The notes under the pieces were generated by a model. That model saw only the letters and a program-made list of their open reading frames with translations, did no database searches and was not told where the DNA came from. From the NCBI GenBank assembly GCA_003559855.1, contig PWJZ01000124.1:40580-104579 (forward strand): DNA of 64,000 bases. The letters run 5' to 3'. Both the position numbers and the translations under genes were made by a program. Below are positions 37,265 to 48,235 of the stretch, one piece after another; the first letter of the stretch is position 1, and the number at the start of each line of letters is the position of its first letter. The stretch comes from Bacteroidales bacterium (GTDB lineage: Bacteria > Bacteroidota > Bacteroidia > Bacteroidales > UBA7960).

Positions 37265-38770
37265 TCAGATTTTCATTACGTTTTTTACCCTGGTATAATC
37301 TTTCCAGTTGTTGCGAATGTATTTTAATTCCTTTGGTGATGATTGTTCTATTTTTTCGAGATATTCGAGTAATGCGGCAATCATAACCATGTCTTCGGCG
37401 GTTTTATCTACCGGGGCTTTACCCATAAGGTATTTTTTGTTTTTTTCTATAAAATGCGTATTGTAGTTACCATTGATAAAATCGGGGGTGTCAACTATTC
37501 TTCTGAGGAAGGGGAGTGAATTTTTCACTCCTATTATCCTGGATTCTCTTAGTGCTCTTTTCAATCTGCTGATCGCTTCGGCGCGGTCTTTACCCCAAAC
37601 GATCACTTTTGCTATAAGCGGATCATAAAAAAGGGGTATTTCAAAGCCCTTATATACATATCCATCAACTCTTACGTCGTTTCCTCTGGGTTCTGTGATA
37701 TGTACTACACGTCCGGGTGCCGGCATAAAGTTATTTTGCGGGTCTTCGGCATAAACACGGCATTCAATTGAATGACCTGATTGCCGCAGTTCCTCTTGTT
37801 TGAGTGAAAGTTCATTTCCGTTGGCAATATCTATCTGTTCCTTAACAAGGTCAACTCCTACTACTCTTTCCGTTATGGGGTGTTCGACCTGCAGCCTTGT
37901 ATTCATTTCGAGGAAATAGTAGTTAAGTTGTTTGTCAACTATAAATTCTATCGTGCCTGCACCGACATAGTTTACGGCTTTGGCTGCTTCTATAGCGTAT
38001 TTGCCCATTTCCTCACGCTTTTCGGGAGTTAAAATTGGTGATGGGGTCTCTTCGAGAATTTTTTGATGACGGCGTTGTACGCTGCATTCACGTTCGAACA
38101 AGTGTATTACATTACCGTGGGTGTCGGCAAGTATTTGAAATTCGATATGATGTGGTGAATCAATATATTTTTCGATATATACAAGGTCGTTACCAAAAGC
38201 AATTTCAGCTTCCGATCTTGCAGAACGCAGGCCTGGCGCTATCTCTTTTTTGTTTTTGACAAGGCGCATCCCCTTTCCACCTCCGCCGGCAGAGGCTTTG
38301 ATTATTACCGGCAGCCCGATCTCTTCAATTATCCTTACAGCATCTTCATCGGAAGATATGTTTTCGTGAGTGCCCGGTACTACCGGAACCCCGGCTTTTA
38401 TCATCATTTCCCTGGCAGAAATTTTGTCGCCCATCTTAGATATGGCGTTGGGCGTAGGACCTATAAATATAAATCCTTCCTTTTGGCACCGTTCCGAAAA
38501 CATCGCGTTTTCGGAAAGAAAACCATAACCAGGGTGAATAGCATCAACATCAGTTGCCTTTGCTGCTTTGATAATGTTATCAATACTAAGATAACTCTCA
38601 GATGATGGCGAAGCTCCTATATGAACCGCCTCATCAGCATAAGTTACATGCATCGACTTGCGGTCTGCATCAGAATAAACAGCTACCGTTCTGATATTTA
38701 ATTCGCGGCATGAACGCATTATCCGGACGGCTATCTCGCCACGATTAGCCACTAATACTTTTTTTATCAT
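37265..38770 (-). CDS. accC: biotin carboxylase subunit
   Basis: MIKKVLVANRGEIAVRIMRSCRELNI start, ATP-grasp GGGGKGMR, and EMNTRLQVEHPITE. The ATG at 38770 is preferred; the listed longer ORF adds 30 unconserved residues. Confidence 0.92.
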   Translation of the reverse strand: MIKKVLVANRGEIAVRIMRSCRELNIRTVAVYSDADRKSMHVTYADEAVHIGASPSSESYLSIDNIIKAAKATDVDAIHPGYGFLSENAMFSERCQKEGFIFIGPTPNAISKMGDKISAREMMIKAGVPVVPGTHENISSDEDAVRIIEEIGLPVIIKASAGGGGKGMRLVKNKKEIAPGLRSARSEAEIAFGNDLVYIEKYIDSPHHIEFQILADTHGNVIHLFERECSVQRRHQKILEETPSPILTPEKREEMGKYAIEAAKAVNYVGAGTIEFIVDKQLNYYFLEMNTRLQVEHPITERVVGVDLVKEQIDIANGNELSLKQEELRQSGHSIECRVYAEDPQNNFMPAPGRVVHITEPRGNDVRVDGYVYKGFEIPLFYDPLIAKVIVWGKDRAEAISRLKRALRESRIIGVKNSLPFLRRIVDTPDFINGNYNTHFIEKNKKYLMGKAPVDKTAEDMVMIAALLEYLEKIEQSSPKELKYIRNNWKDYTRVKNVMKI

Positions 38771-39023
38771 GTAAGCCGGTTTGGTTGATACAAAATCAAG
38801 GCTTAAAAGTAGCAATCTTTTATTAAAACTTCCAAAAAAAAAACGAAAAAAATTATACAATTGTTTTAATTAATTGTTGGGTTTTAATTTAAATCGCTGA
38901 TTTTAAGCAAGTGATATGCCGTTATAATAAAAACAGATAATGATTGAATTTTATTTTTGCTCTTTTCACATTATTTATGATACAGAATTTTAAGATTTTT
39001 TTATTTTGCACTCACAAGGGTCG

Positions 39024-40043
39024 TTAATTATTATATTTTTTCAAAAATTCTTCGGTTTTTTCGACCATCAGTTTGGGTCCTATAAACAATGGTGAGCGTT
39101 GGTGGAGTGTTTCGGGTTCTTTTTCCATAATACGTGTAATGCCGTCGCTGGCTTTACCTCCTGCTTGTTCGGCTATAAATGCAACCGGATTGCATTCGTA
39201 CAACAGCCGTAACTTACCGCTGGGTGCCTTGGATGTAGCCGGATACAAAAATATACCGCCTCTTATGAGGTTCCGGTGAAAATCTGCCACCAATGATCCT
39301 ATGTATCGTGAAGTATAGGGCCTGCTGGTTTTTTTATCATCTTCCTGGCAATATTTGATATATTGTTTGACACCTTCATCAAAATAAATATAGTTTCCTT
39401 CATTTATGGAATAAATAATTCCTTTATCGGGAAACATCATTTTGGGATGCGACAGGCAGAATATTCCTACCGAAGGATCGAGTGTAAATCCGTTGACACC
39501 CTTACCTGTTGTATAAACAAGCATAGTGGATGAGCCGTAAATTACATATCCTGCGGCAACCTGGTTGACACCCGGTTGTAACAGGTCTATAACTTTTCCT
39601 CCTTCACCTACTTCGGTTTTACGTCTGTAAATCGAGAAGATGGTTCCTATCGATACATTAGCTTCGATATTACTTGAACCGTCTAAAGGGTCTATTGCTA
39701 TCACATACTTACCCATTTCGGAAAATTCATTTTCAAATGAAATGATCTTTTCATTTTCTTCCGAAGCAATAGCACAACACTCGGCGCCACCCTTCAAGGC
39801 AGCAATGAATTGTTCATTGGCAAAAACATCAAGTTTCTTTTGAGCTTCCCCCTGGATGTTTTTTTTGCCCTTATAACCCAATATATCAACAAGGCCGGCT
39901 GCGTTTATCTCACGGTTTACAATCTTTGCCGCTGTTGCTATATCGTTCAGCAATCTCGTTAAGGCACCTTTGGCATGAGGATATTCGTATTGTCGTTCTA
40001 TTATGAACTCTGTAAGTGTTTTGATCTTAAAACGTGATACCAT
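39024..40043 (-). CDS. fbp: class 1 fructose-1,6-bisphosphatase
   Basis: [10 protein letters not shown]...ATAAKIV N-terminus, DPLDGSSNI metal-binding motif and [15 protein letters not shown]. Confidence 0.92.
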   Translation of the reverse strand: MVSRFKIKTLTEFIIERQYEYPHAKGALTRLLNDIATAAKIVNREINAAGLVDILGYKGKKNIQGEAQKKLDVFANEQFIAALKGGAECCAIASEENEKIISFENEFSEMGKYVIAIDPLDGSSNIEANVSIGTIFSIYRRKTEVGEGGKVIDLLQPGVNQVAAGYVIYGSSTMLVYTTGKGVNGFTLDPSVGIFCLSHPKMMFPDKGIIYSINEGNYIYFDEGVKQYIKYCQEDDKKTSRPYTSRYIGSLVADFHRNLIRGGIFLYPATSKAPSGKLRLLYECNPVAFIAEQAGGKASDGITRIMEKEPETLHQRSPLFIGPKLMVEKTEEFLKKYNN

Positions 40044-40303
40044 AGCTATAGAATTTTATATTTTTACCGAAGTAAATATAAATTTTTGTTAAAATCAAGG
40101 ATTTTCAGGAATATTTTTCGTTTGAGATCATCAATAAACGTCAAACAAATTGACAACAAGTGTTTTCATGTTTGGTCATCTTTTTTTACACGTTAATTTT
40201 GTCGTCTGTCAGTTTTTATGGTAGCGGGATCAATTTGCAGTTTTTTCGGGTTTTTGTATTTGCTGACAAAATCAAAACATTGAATATCTGTCAATACAAT
40301 AAT

Positions 40304-41548
40304 TTATAGTTTCTCCTTTATTGCTTTTCTCAACATGTTCAGTGCTGCAATTGATGTAATTATTATGTTTCTTTCACGATCATCGCCAAATAAAAATTTT
40401 TCACTGGTTATGCGGCTGTTTACAGCCAGTGCAATCCATATCATGCCGACCGGCTTTTTTTTGCTGCCGCCCTCAGGACCTGCAATGCCCGTTGTAGCTA
40501 TTGCATAATCGGTGTTGAATGATTTTTTTATTGCTGTTGCCATTGATTCGGCAACCTGCCTGCTCACGGCTCCGTGTTTTTCAATTACCGACTTGTCAAT
40601 ACCCAGCTGCCGGATCTTTATTTTATTATCGTATGCAATAACACTTCCGGTAAAATACCGGGAAGCACCCGCAACCGAAGTGATCATTTGGGAGATCATT
40701 CCGCCGGTACAGCTCTCCGCAACAGAAAGGGTTGCGCCTTTTCCCATTAATAACTTTCCAACAATGCTTTGCATTGTATCATCGTCTTCCCCATATATGT
40801 GATCCGGAATAATGTCTTTTAGCTTGCCCGTTAGCTTTTCAATCTCATCCTTTAATTTTTTTGGGGCTTTACTGGTTCCGCTCAACCTCAGCTTTACTGT
40901 TCCGGGTGAAGGAAGATACGAGAGTCTGATGTTTGGCGGAAACTCCTTTTCCCATGCGTTTAGCTTGTCGGCAAGAAAAGATTCACCTATACCGTGGGTC
41001 AGTATTGTTCTGTGAATGATGAAATTGCCGGTAATTTTTTCTTTTAAAAAAGGTATGACATGATCTTTTACCATAGGTTTTAATTCGAAAGGCACACCCG
41101 GCATGGCAATAAAAATTTTATTTTTTCTTTCAAACCAAAGCCCCGGGGCTGTTCCGTTTTTATTACGCAATATGCGGCAATTTTCAGGAACCAAAGATTG
41201 TTTACGGTTAGTTTCCGTTACTTCAAGCCCTCTTTTTGCAAAAAATGCTTTAATATCATCCAATACCAGCCGGCTTTCAATAAGCCGGGAATTAAAAAAA
41301 TTACAAAGCACATCACGGGTATTGTCATCTTTTGTGGGTCCGAGACCACCTGTTATTAAAATTAAATCAGCCCTGCGTTCTGCTTCTGATAAAGCTCTTT
41401 CTATTTCTTCTTTATCATCGGATACTATTGTGATCTGCCTTGTTGCAACACCTGTCTTATCAAGGTTTCCGGCAAGCCATGATGCATTGGAGTTTAAAGT
41501 CTGGCCTGTTATCAGCTCATCGCCTATAGATATTATTTCTGCTATCAT
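40304..41548 (-). CDS. cinA: competence/damage-inducible protein CinA (MoCF-binding plus nicotinamide-nucleotide amidase domains)
   Basis: MIAEIISIGDELITGQTLNSNASWLA start, ITGGLGPTKDD, and C-terminal AESCTGG. Confidence 0.9.
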   Translation of the reverse strand: MIAEIISIGDELITGQTLNSNASWLAGNLDKTGVATRQITIVSDDKEEIERALSEAERRADLILITGGLGPTKDDNTRDVLCNFFNSRLIESRLVLDDIKAFFAKRGLEVTETNRKQSLVPENCRILRNKNGTAPGLWFERKNKIFIAMPGVPFELKPMVKDHVIPFLKEKITGNFIIHRTILTHGIGESFLADKLNAWEKEFPPNIRLSYLPSPGTVKLRLSGTSKAPKKLKDEIEKLTGKLKDIIPDHIYGEDDDTMQSIVGKLLMGKGATLSVAESCTGGMISQMITSVAGASRYFTGSVIAYDNKIKIRQLGIDKSVIEKHGAVSRQVAESMATAIKKSFNTDYAIATTGIAGPEGGSKKKPVGMIWIALAVNSRITSEKFLFGDDRERNIIITSIAALNMLRKAIKEKL

Positions 41549-41566
41549 TTATTGAAAAATTAATGT

Positions 41567-41597
41567 AGTAATATTATTCAGCAGTAATATTATTCAG
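41567..41597. repeat. perfect 15-nt tandem direct repeat AGTAATATTATTCAG x2 (period 16) upstream of cinA
   Basis: Copies at 41567-41581 and 41583-41597. Each unit contains the palindrome TAATATTA. Confidence 0.85.
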
Positions 41598-41926
41598 GTC
41601 AAAGTTAATAAGAATTGGGCAACGTGTGGTTTAGTGTACAGGAAGACTAAGGGACTCTTCTGTATAGCTCTTTTAAAGCTATCTGTTTTGAGGCTTGAAG
41701 ATCAATCCTTCTGAAAACTTAATGACTATATTCAATTTTAAGCGGACAATAGAGGTGTTTTTAGTAAAAAGGATTATGTTGTTTTACCATATGATGTTCG
41801 GGGGGTTGAGCTTCCAACCTTAAAAACAGATGTCTTTGCAAAAAAAGCAGCTTGAACACCGTAATAAAAAATACTGTAAGTCAGCGATTTAGAAAGAGTT
41901 ATGTAGGAACTTTGAAATATTTTATA

Positions 41927-43348
41927 TTAAAAATAAACTTTTACAAGATTGTGTTCAGAATCAATATATATGAACGTACTATTATCAATAAATCGCCGGG
42001 GTGACAGGCTTCCAATGCCAGAATCGGGTCTCCGTACTATTTTGTATGAGATATAATTTTTGTTTTGTTTGTCAAACCTGAAAACTGCCGGGTTTTGCTT
42101 TTCATCTCCCAAAGTAATCAAAACAAGGATTTGGTTGTTTTCAGTGTCAACAAAAACATCACTGACATTATAATCGGCTTCGGGAAGACCTTCTGCAATC
42201 TTTATAACGCCTCGTTTAACAGGCAGGTACATGCTGCTTCCTGATTCCAGATTATCTATACGGCTTGTTAAAGGAAGCATGGCATAAGGATAAGAAAATA
42301 CCGGATTTGATACTTGGTATCCAAGACCGGAATCAAGGTAAACATCATCAAGCTCAAACGGCAATGTTTCTTTATAAATTAACTTTGGAGGGTCAATGTA
42401 AAATTTTCCGATAATTTTATTATTATCACCTTGTGCCCTTACCTTTCTCATAGCAACATAGGCATGTTCGTTATGTATCCAGGCAGAATAATTAGTATAA
42501 TAATCTTCAGGTAATGCTTCGGTATATAAAAAATCAATAATACCTGAATCATCAAATAAAACAAAAATCTTTACTAACTCAATTGTCAGAGTTTCCGTTT
42601 CATGTACCATGGTGGGAAATGGAATATGAACAACACTAAGAAATCTTTCATCATTTCCTTGATAGGAGGTGAAAGGAAGTAATGCGGGTTGCTCCATATT
42701 ATGTTTTTCAAGAATATCATAAAATTCATTGATATTATGTGAAATTGTATCACCACGGGGGTGTACTGAAAGAAATTCCGAATGAGTAATACTGCCTATA
42801 TCAATTGTATGTATAGGTTTAAAATCGTTTTTATCAAAAAGGACTATTTTGTTATTTAATCTGTTATTATAAAACAAGAAATCTTCTCCTGTTGAAAACG
42901 AAGCATAATTGGTACTTACTAGTGAATCGGGTAATTCTAACAATATCTCTTTTTTAAGTTCTTTCATGCTGTATTGTAACAATTCATAAGAAAAGTTTCG
43001 CATTGGAAAACCGAAAATCTGCTGCCCTTCTTTAAATGCAACCAACTCTGATGAAATAATACCATAACCGGTTGAATTATATATTTTGTCTGAAAAAACA
43101 ATATCATAGTCCTTTTGCAAACGTAGTTTGTTGTCAATAAAGAGTTTAGCCGGACGCTTATCCTTTTCCTGAAATATTAGTTTAACCGGTATGTATTCAG
43201 ATATGCTGTCAAGTTTATAAAAGTTCGTGTAACTGAAATCACAATCGCCGGTAAACACTTTGACCCAAATACTATCCTGAGCATTTAATTTAGAATTTAC
43301 AATAAAAACAGCAAGTATCAGTAAAAAAGTTTTAACCTTTTTTTTCAT
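41927..43348 (-). CDS. secreted hypothetical protein
   Basis: Signal peptide MKKKVKTFLLILAVFIVNSKLNAQ in a long uninterrupted ORF. No family recognised. Confidence 0.55.
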   Translation of the reverse strand: MKKKVKTFLLILAVFIVNSKLNAQDSIWVKVFTGDCDFSYTNFYKLDSISEYIPVKLIFQEKDKRPAKLFIDNKLRLQKDYDIVFSDKIYNSTGYGIISSELVAFKEGQQIFGFPMRNFSYELLQYSMKELKKEILLELPDSLVSTNYASFSTGEDFLFYNNRLNNKIVLFDKNDFKPIHTIDIGSITHSEFLSVHPRGDTISHNINEFYDILEKHNMEQPALLPFTSYQGNDERFLSVVHIPFPTMVHETETLTIELVKIFVLFDDSGIIDFLYTEALPEDYYTNYSAWIHNEHAYVAMRKVRAQGDNNKIIGKFYIDPPKLIYKETLPFELDDVYLDSGLGYQVSNPVFSYPYAMLPLTSRIDNLESGSSMYLPVKRGVIKIAEGLPEADYNVSDVFVDTENNQILVLITLGDEKQNPAVFRFDKQNKNYISYKIVRRPDSGIGSLSPRRFIDNSTFIYIDSEHNLVKVYF

Positions 43349-43408
43349 GTTACAGATTATTTATTAGAATAATTGAGTCTGGTTTAAAAAATCTTTATCC
43401 ACAGATTT

Positions 43409-43440
43409 ACCCCGTAGGATATGTTGTTATCCAACGGGGT
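43409..43440 (-). terminator. 13-bp hairpin (REP-like) downstream of gene 43466-43774
   Basis: ACCCCGTAGGATA tgttgt TATCCAACGGGGT with one mismatch. It shares the 11-mer ACGGGGTAAAT (rc at 43405-43415) with 50377-50387. Confidence 0.4.
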
Positions 43441-43465
43441 ATACAAATAATTCACAAATTAATAA

Positions 43466-43774
43466 TTAATTTTCCTCATCTTCTTCCAATGTTATAATAA
43501 CTTTTTTGTAATCAGGGTATTCTTCAATGTCATAATGTTTCCATTCGTCAATTATTTCCTCTGACCTTCCTAAATGTATTATTATCTCTGTAGGTGTAAT
43601 TGTAACACATTCCTGATTATATGGGGGTTTGCAAAGAATTTCTATATATCCACCACCCATATACAATAATTCAGCTTCCCCTAGTATTATAACCTCCGTA
43701 GCCTTTGCATCTTCAATACTGCTAAAACATGCAAATAAAAATGTAAAAATAAATGAATAAATTATTTTTTTCAT
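43466..43774 (-). CDS. small secreted hypothetical protein
   Basis: Signal peptide MKKIIYSFIFTFLFACFSSIEDAKA. Acidic C-terminus. Confidence 0.5.
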   Translation of the reverse strand: MKKIIYSFIFTFLFACFSSIEDAKATEVIILGEAELLYMGGGYIEILCKPPYNQECVTITPTEIIIHLGRSEEIIDEWKHYDIEEYPDYKKVIITLEEDEEN

Positions 43775-43993
43775 GACTTTGAAATTTTGGTTAAATATTA
43801 AAAAGGTAATGCAAAAATAAAAAAATTTAAAAAAACAAGCATAAAAATAAAAATATTACAGATTTTTTCGATACCATCAATCAACGCAACCAAAATAAAT
43901 AACATAAAAAAGTTGCGTGGAACAATTTTTGTCATTAGATTTGGTTTTTTCATTAAGAATAAATTATTTTATTTTGCACGAATAAAATAATTA

Positions 43994-44866
43994 ATGAAGA
44001 GATTTAAAGAAAGCGAATTAATAATAGACTCCGACGGCGGTGTTTATCATATAAAACTAAGGCCTGAAGATATTGCCGACACGGTGTTATTGGTGGGAGA
44101 CCAAGGTCGCGTTGAGACTGTTGCAAAACATTTCGACAATATTGAACACCGGTCGCAAAATCGCGAATTTGCAGCCCAAACAGGCTATTATAATGGGAAA
44201 AGGATTACTGTATTATCGACAGGCATAGGAACAGATAATATTGATATTGTTGTAAACGAGCTTGATGCTGCCGTTAACATTGATCTGAAAACACGTACTC
44301 TTAAAGATCACCACCGGTCGCTTAAGCTTATCCGGCTGGGTACATCAGGTGCAATACAACCCGATATTGATGTGGATACTTTTGTTGCTTCAGAATACGG
44401 ACTCGGTCTCGACGGGTTGTTACATTTTTACGAACATGAGCCGGGTATTGTTGAAGATGATATGGTTAGGGCTTTTACGGACCATACAGGGTGGGGCGGA
44501 AAGCTTCCCTATCCCTACATTGTGAAGCATTCGGGCGATATAATGGAAACCCTCGCTTATGATATGATTAAAGGGATTACCGCTACGGCTCCGGGATTTT
44601 TCGGACCCCAAGGTCGCGAACTCAGAATACCACTCGCGTATTCCACATTGAATAATAAATTAGAAAACTTCAGATTTAATAATAAAAGTATCACTAATTT
44701 TGAAATGGAAACATCAGCTTTGTATGCCCTGGGCAAAATACTGGGTCATGAAACACTTACTATTTGTGTTATTATTGCTAACAGGGTTAAAAAAGAATAT
44801 AGCCCCGATTACAAAAAAGCTGTTGATAAACTTATTCGTACCGTATTGCAAAGACTGATAATTTGA
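43994..44866 (+). CDS. nucleoside phosphorylase (PNP/UDP family)
   Basis: VLLVGDQGRV, STGIGTDNIDI and NFEMETSALYAL motifs typical of uridine/purine nucleoside phosphorylases. Confidence 0.8.
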   Translation: MKRFKESELIIDSDGGVYHIKLRPEDIADTVLLVGDQGRVETVAKHFDNIEHRSQNREFAAQTGYYNGKRITVLSTGIGTDNIDIVVNELDAAVNIDLKTRTLKDHHRSLKLIRLGTSGAIQPDIDVDTFVASEYGLGLDGLLHFYEHEPGIVEDDMVRAFTDHTGWGGKLPYPYIVKHSGDIMETLAYDMIKGITATAPGFFGPQGRELRIPLAYSTLNNKLENFRFNNKSITNFEMETSALYALGKILGHETLTICVIIANRVKKEYSPDYKKAVDKLIRTVLQRLII

Positions 44867-44877
44867 TTTTATCTATT

Positions 44878-45759
44878 ATGGAAAAGCAAGATAATGTAAA
44901 AGAAATGCAAGCTTTAATAAGCTTGATCGACGATCCTGACAAGGATGTGTTTAAGGAGATCACAAGGAAAATATTCTTATACGGTTTGCAGATATTGCCA
45001 TACCTGGAATCTGCATGGGAGAACGCACCCGACCCGTCAGTGCAAAAGCGTATAGAAGTACTGATACATAAAATTCAGTTTGAAAATGTGCGGTCGGAAC
45101 TATCCGGCTGGAACCGCCAGGTAGAAAAGAACCTCATTACAGGATGGCTCATAGTATCAAGGTATAATTACTCCGAACTGAAAGAGGAAAGTGTCAGGCT
45201 TGAACTTTCAAATATCAGGAAAGATATATGGCTTGAACTGAATGACGAATTAACAGCACTGGAAAAAATCAAGGTTTTTAATCAAATATTTTATGATAGT
45301 TATGGATTTTCAGGAAATATGGATAATTACCATGACCCTCAAAACAATTTTATAAACAAAGTCCTCGAAACAAAAAAAGGTAATCCGGTATCTTTGGGTG
45401 TGATTTACATGCTTCTGGCTCAAAGCCTTGATATGCCAGTATATGGTATCAGTTTTCCCGAACATTTTATCCTTACTTATGCTTCAAAACCGTTGCTTCC
45501 AAATGATATGCCCGCAAAAAAGGATGATTTTCTCTTTTTTATCAATGCATTTAGTAAGGGAAATGTTTTTTCGCGACAGGAAGCCGAATGGTTCCTGAAA
45601 CAGTTAAATCTTCAAACCCTGCCTGAGTATTTCAGGGTTTGCTCAATAAATGAAATAATGGAAAGAATATTGTTCAGCCTTATTACCTCATACGAAAGAG
45701 TCAATAAGCTGGAAAAAGCAAAAGAGGTCAAAAAGCTTTATGACATTATTGTGAAATAA
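44878..45759 (+). CDS. transglutaminase-like/TPR (SirB1-like) family protein
   Basis: KKGNPVSLGVIYMLLAQSLDMPVYGISFPEHFILTY matches the SirB1/YchA-type core. ATG at 44878 preferred over the TTG at 44863. Confidence 0.6.
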   Translation: MEKQDNVKEMQALISLIDDPDKDVFKEITRKIFLYGLQILPYLESAWENAPDPSVQKRIEVLIHKIQFENVRSELSGWNRQVEKNLITGWLIVSRYNYSELKEESVRLELSNIRKDIWLELNDELTALEKIKVFNQIFYDSYGFSGNMDNYHDPQNNFINKVLETKKGNPVSLGVIYMLLAQSLDMPVYGISFPEHFILTYASKPLLPNDMPAKKDDFLFFINAFSKGNVFSRQEAEWFLKQLNLQTLPEYFRVCSINEIMERILFSLITSYERVNKLEKAKEVKKLYDIIVK

Positions 45760-45942
45760 ATAAAACGGGCAATGTATAACCCGCCTTTTTTAAACATTCC
45801 ATATTCTATTTGCAGGCAAATGTTCTTTTTTGTTTTTTTATTGTCGCTGCATATAAAATACAAAGTACAGTTCTGCAAGTAATTTAACGGTTGCATTTAC
45901 GGTTTTCTTAACGGGGGGGGGTAAAAATTGCTTAATTAATAG

Positions 45943-45950
45943 TAACTTTG
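45943..45950 (+). promoter_or_regulatory. candidate -7 box (TAACTTTG) for ffh
   Basis: Matches TAnnTTTG, ending 34 nt upstream of the ffh ATG. Confidence 0.35.
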
Positions 45951-45984
45951 CATTTGGGAAACAAGAGATATAAATTTTACATAT

Positions 45985-47310
45985 ATGTTTGAAAGTTTAA
46001 CAGAAAGGTTTGAGAGATCCTTTAAGCTTTTGAAGGGACAGGGATACGTTACGGAGGTTAATGTTGCGGAGTCGCTGAAAGATATCCGGAGAGCTCTTTT
46101 GGATGCTGACGTCAATTATAAGATTGCCAAGAGCTTTACCGATTCGGTAAAAGAAAAGGCTTTGGGTCGCGATGTTCTTACTTCGGTATCTCCCGGGCAG
46201 TTGATGGTAAAGATCGTTCATGAGGAGCTGGCGGAGCTTATGGGGTCTGAAAATGTCGATATCAATATCAAAGGCAAGCCGGCGATAATACTGGTAGCCG
46301 GATTACAGGGAAGCGGAAAGACCACATTTGCGGCAAAACTGGCTTATTATCTTAAAAACAAGAAGAACAAAAAATCGCTTTTGGTTGCCGGCGACGTTTA
46401 CCGTCCTGCCGCCATTGACCAGCTACATGTTCTTGGCGAGCAAACCGAAACGGAGGTTTTTTCAGATAAGGAATCCAAAGATCCTGTTGATATAGCTAAA
46501 AGAGCAGTAAAACATGCACGAGATATGGGACATGATGTGTTGGTGGTTGATACTGCCGGCCGTTTGGCTATTGATCAACAGATGATGGATGAGATAGCAG
46601 GTTTGAAAAAAGCCCTTAATCCACAGGAAACACTGTTTGTTGTCGATGCTATGACGGGGCAGGATGCCGTTAAAACGGCAAAGGCTTTCAACGACAGACT
46701 TGATTATGAAGGTGTGGTTTTGACAAAGCTGGATGGTGATACCAGGGGCGGTGCCGCTCTGAGCATCAGGTCGGTGGTAAATAAACCCGTCAAATTTGTG
46801 GGTATAGGAGAAAAAGTTGATGCGCTCGACGTTTTTCATCCCAAAAGGATGGCCGACAGAATTTTGGGCATGGGGGATATTGTGTCGTTAGTAGAAAAAG
46901 CACAGGAGCAGTTTGATGAAAAAGAAGCGAGAGAAGTGCAAAAAAAGCTTGCTAAAAATCAGTTCAACTTTAATGACTTTTTAAAACAGTTGCAGCAGGT
47001 CAAAAAGATGGGTAATGTAAAGGATCTGGCAGGGATGATCCCCGGAATGGGAAAAGCCGTAAAAGATGCTGATATTGACGATGACGCCTTTAAAGGTATT
47101 GAAGCGATTATCAGGTCAATGACACCCGAAGAACGTGAAAATCCTTCAATAATCAATGGAAGCCGCCGCAGAAGAATAGCCCGGGGAAGCGGAAACGATA
47201 TTACCGAAGTAAACAGGCTCATTAAGCAATTTGGTGATATGCGTAAAATGATGAAGATGTTTAAGGGTGGCAAATCCAAAATGATGAACATGATGAAAGG
47301 CATGGGCTAA
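45985..47310 (+). CDS. ffh: signal recognition particle protein Ffh
   Basis: [18 protein letters not shown] start, [14 protein letters not shown] and [14 protein letters not shown] motifs, and a Met-rich C-terminal M domain. Confidence 0.97.
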   Translation: MFESLTERFERSFKLLKGQGYVTEVNVAESLKDIRRALLDADVNYKIAKSFTDSVKEKALGRDVLTSVSPGQLMVKIVHEELAELMGSENVDINIKGKPAIILVAGLQGSGKTTFAAKLAYYLKNKKNKKSLLVAGDVYRPAAIDQLHVLGEQTETEVFSDKESKDPVDIAKRAVKHARDMGHDVLVVDTAGRLAIDQQMMDEIAGLKKALNPQETLFVVDAMTGQDAVKTAKAFNDRLDYEGVVLTKLDGDTRGGAALSIRSVVNKPVKFVGIGEKVDALDVFHPKRMADRILGMGDIVSLVEKAQEQFDEKEAREVQKKLAKNQFNFNDFLKQLQQVKKMGNVKDLAGMIPGMGKAVKDADIDDDAFKGIEAIIRSMTPEERENPSIINGSRRRRIARGSGNDITEVNRLIKQFGDMRKMMKMFKGGKSKMMNMMKGMG

Positions 47311-47350
47311 GGTTTGTGGTTACGACAAGCATATTTTAATACAGGGTTAA

Positions 47351-47992
47351 TTGGATAGCTTTAACTGGAAAAACGAAGATCTTCTGAAAGCCGGTAAGGT
47401 TTTACCGGTGATGGAAACATTTTATTCGGTACAGGGTGAAGGATATATGACCGGAAAAGCTGCCTGGTTTATCAGAATAGGCGGTTGTGATACAGGATGC
47501 AGATGGTGTGATGTGAAGGAATCATGGAATGCGCGAATGCATCCTCTCATAAAAGTTGATGAAGTTATTAAAACCATATCGGATAACCCTTCAAAAACCG
47601 TTGTTATTACAGGTGGTGAACCACTTCTATATAATCTTAACTACCTGTGCAGAAAACTCAAAAACAAAGGAATAAAGATATGCCTCGAAACATCCGGCAG
47701 TTATCCGTTAACTGGCAGTTTTGACTGGATTTGCCTGTCTCCGAAAGTAAACCAGGCTCCCCGAAAAGATCTTCTGCTGATGGCTGATGAACTAAAAGTT
47801 ATAATAGAGAAACCGGAAGACCTCAAATGGGCAGAAGAGAAAAGAAGGAATGTCAAAAAAAAGTGTTTGTTATATCTGCAGCCGGAATGGAGTAATTATA
47901 AAAATATTATTAAGGCGATCGTTGATTATGTTAAAGAAAATCCGAAATGGATGGTTTCAATTCAATCACATAAATTTATGAATGTACCGTAG
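47351..47992 (+). CDS. queE: 7-carboxy-7-deazaguanine synthase QueE (radical SAM)
   Basis: LPVMETFYSVQGEGYMTGKAAWFIRIGGCDTGCRWCD. TTG start. Confidence 0.85.
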   Translation: MDSFNWKNEDLLKAGKVLPVMETFYSVQGEGYMTGKAAWFIRIGGCDTGCRWCDVKESWNARMHPLIKVDEVIKTISDNPSKTVVITGGEPLLYNLNYLCRKLKNKGIKICLETSGSYPLTGSFDWICLSPKVNQAPRKDLLLMADELKVIIEKPEDLKWAEEKRRNVKKKCLLYLQPEWSNYKNIIKAIVDYVKENPKWMVSIQSHKFMNVP

Positions 47993-48235
47993 CTCGGTCA
48001 GATAACGAACATCTTCCGGTTTGCATTGATGCAGTGGCGGTTGCCGGGTTTTAAAAGGTCGATTGTTGCCTGTCATTTTTTTAATGACATTAGTTGGCAA
48101 CAGGTAATAATGGAGATAATAAATGGTTAATAATTATCGTAATAATATTGTGTTTTTTACTTTGAATTTTGTAATTTTATATTCTGATTTTTTTTTTGGG
48201 TTAATTTTGTCTAATTTATAACCGTATTCATTATA

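Noticed and set aside
37265-38860. Longer 531-aa version of the biotin carboxylase ORF
   Set aside because: The conserved AccC N-terminus MIKKVLVANRGEIA begins at the ATG at 38770. The upstream 30 codons (MYNFFRFFFGSF...) are unconserved and Phe-rich.
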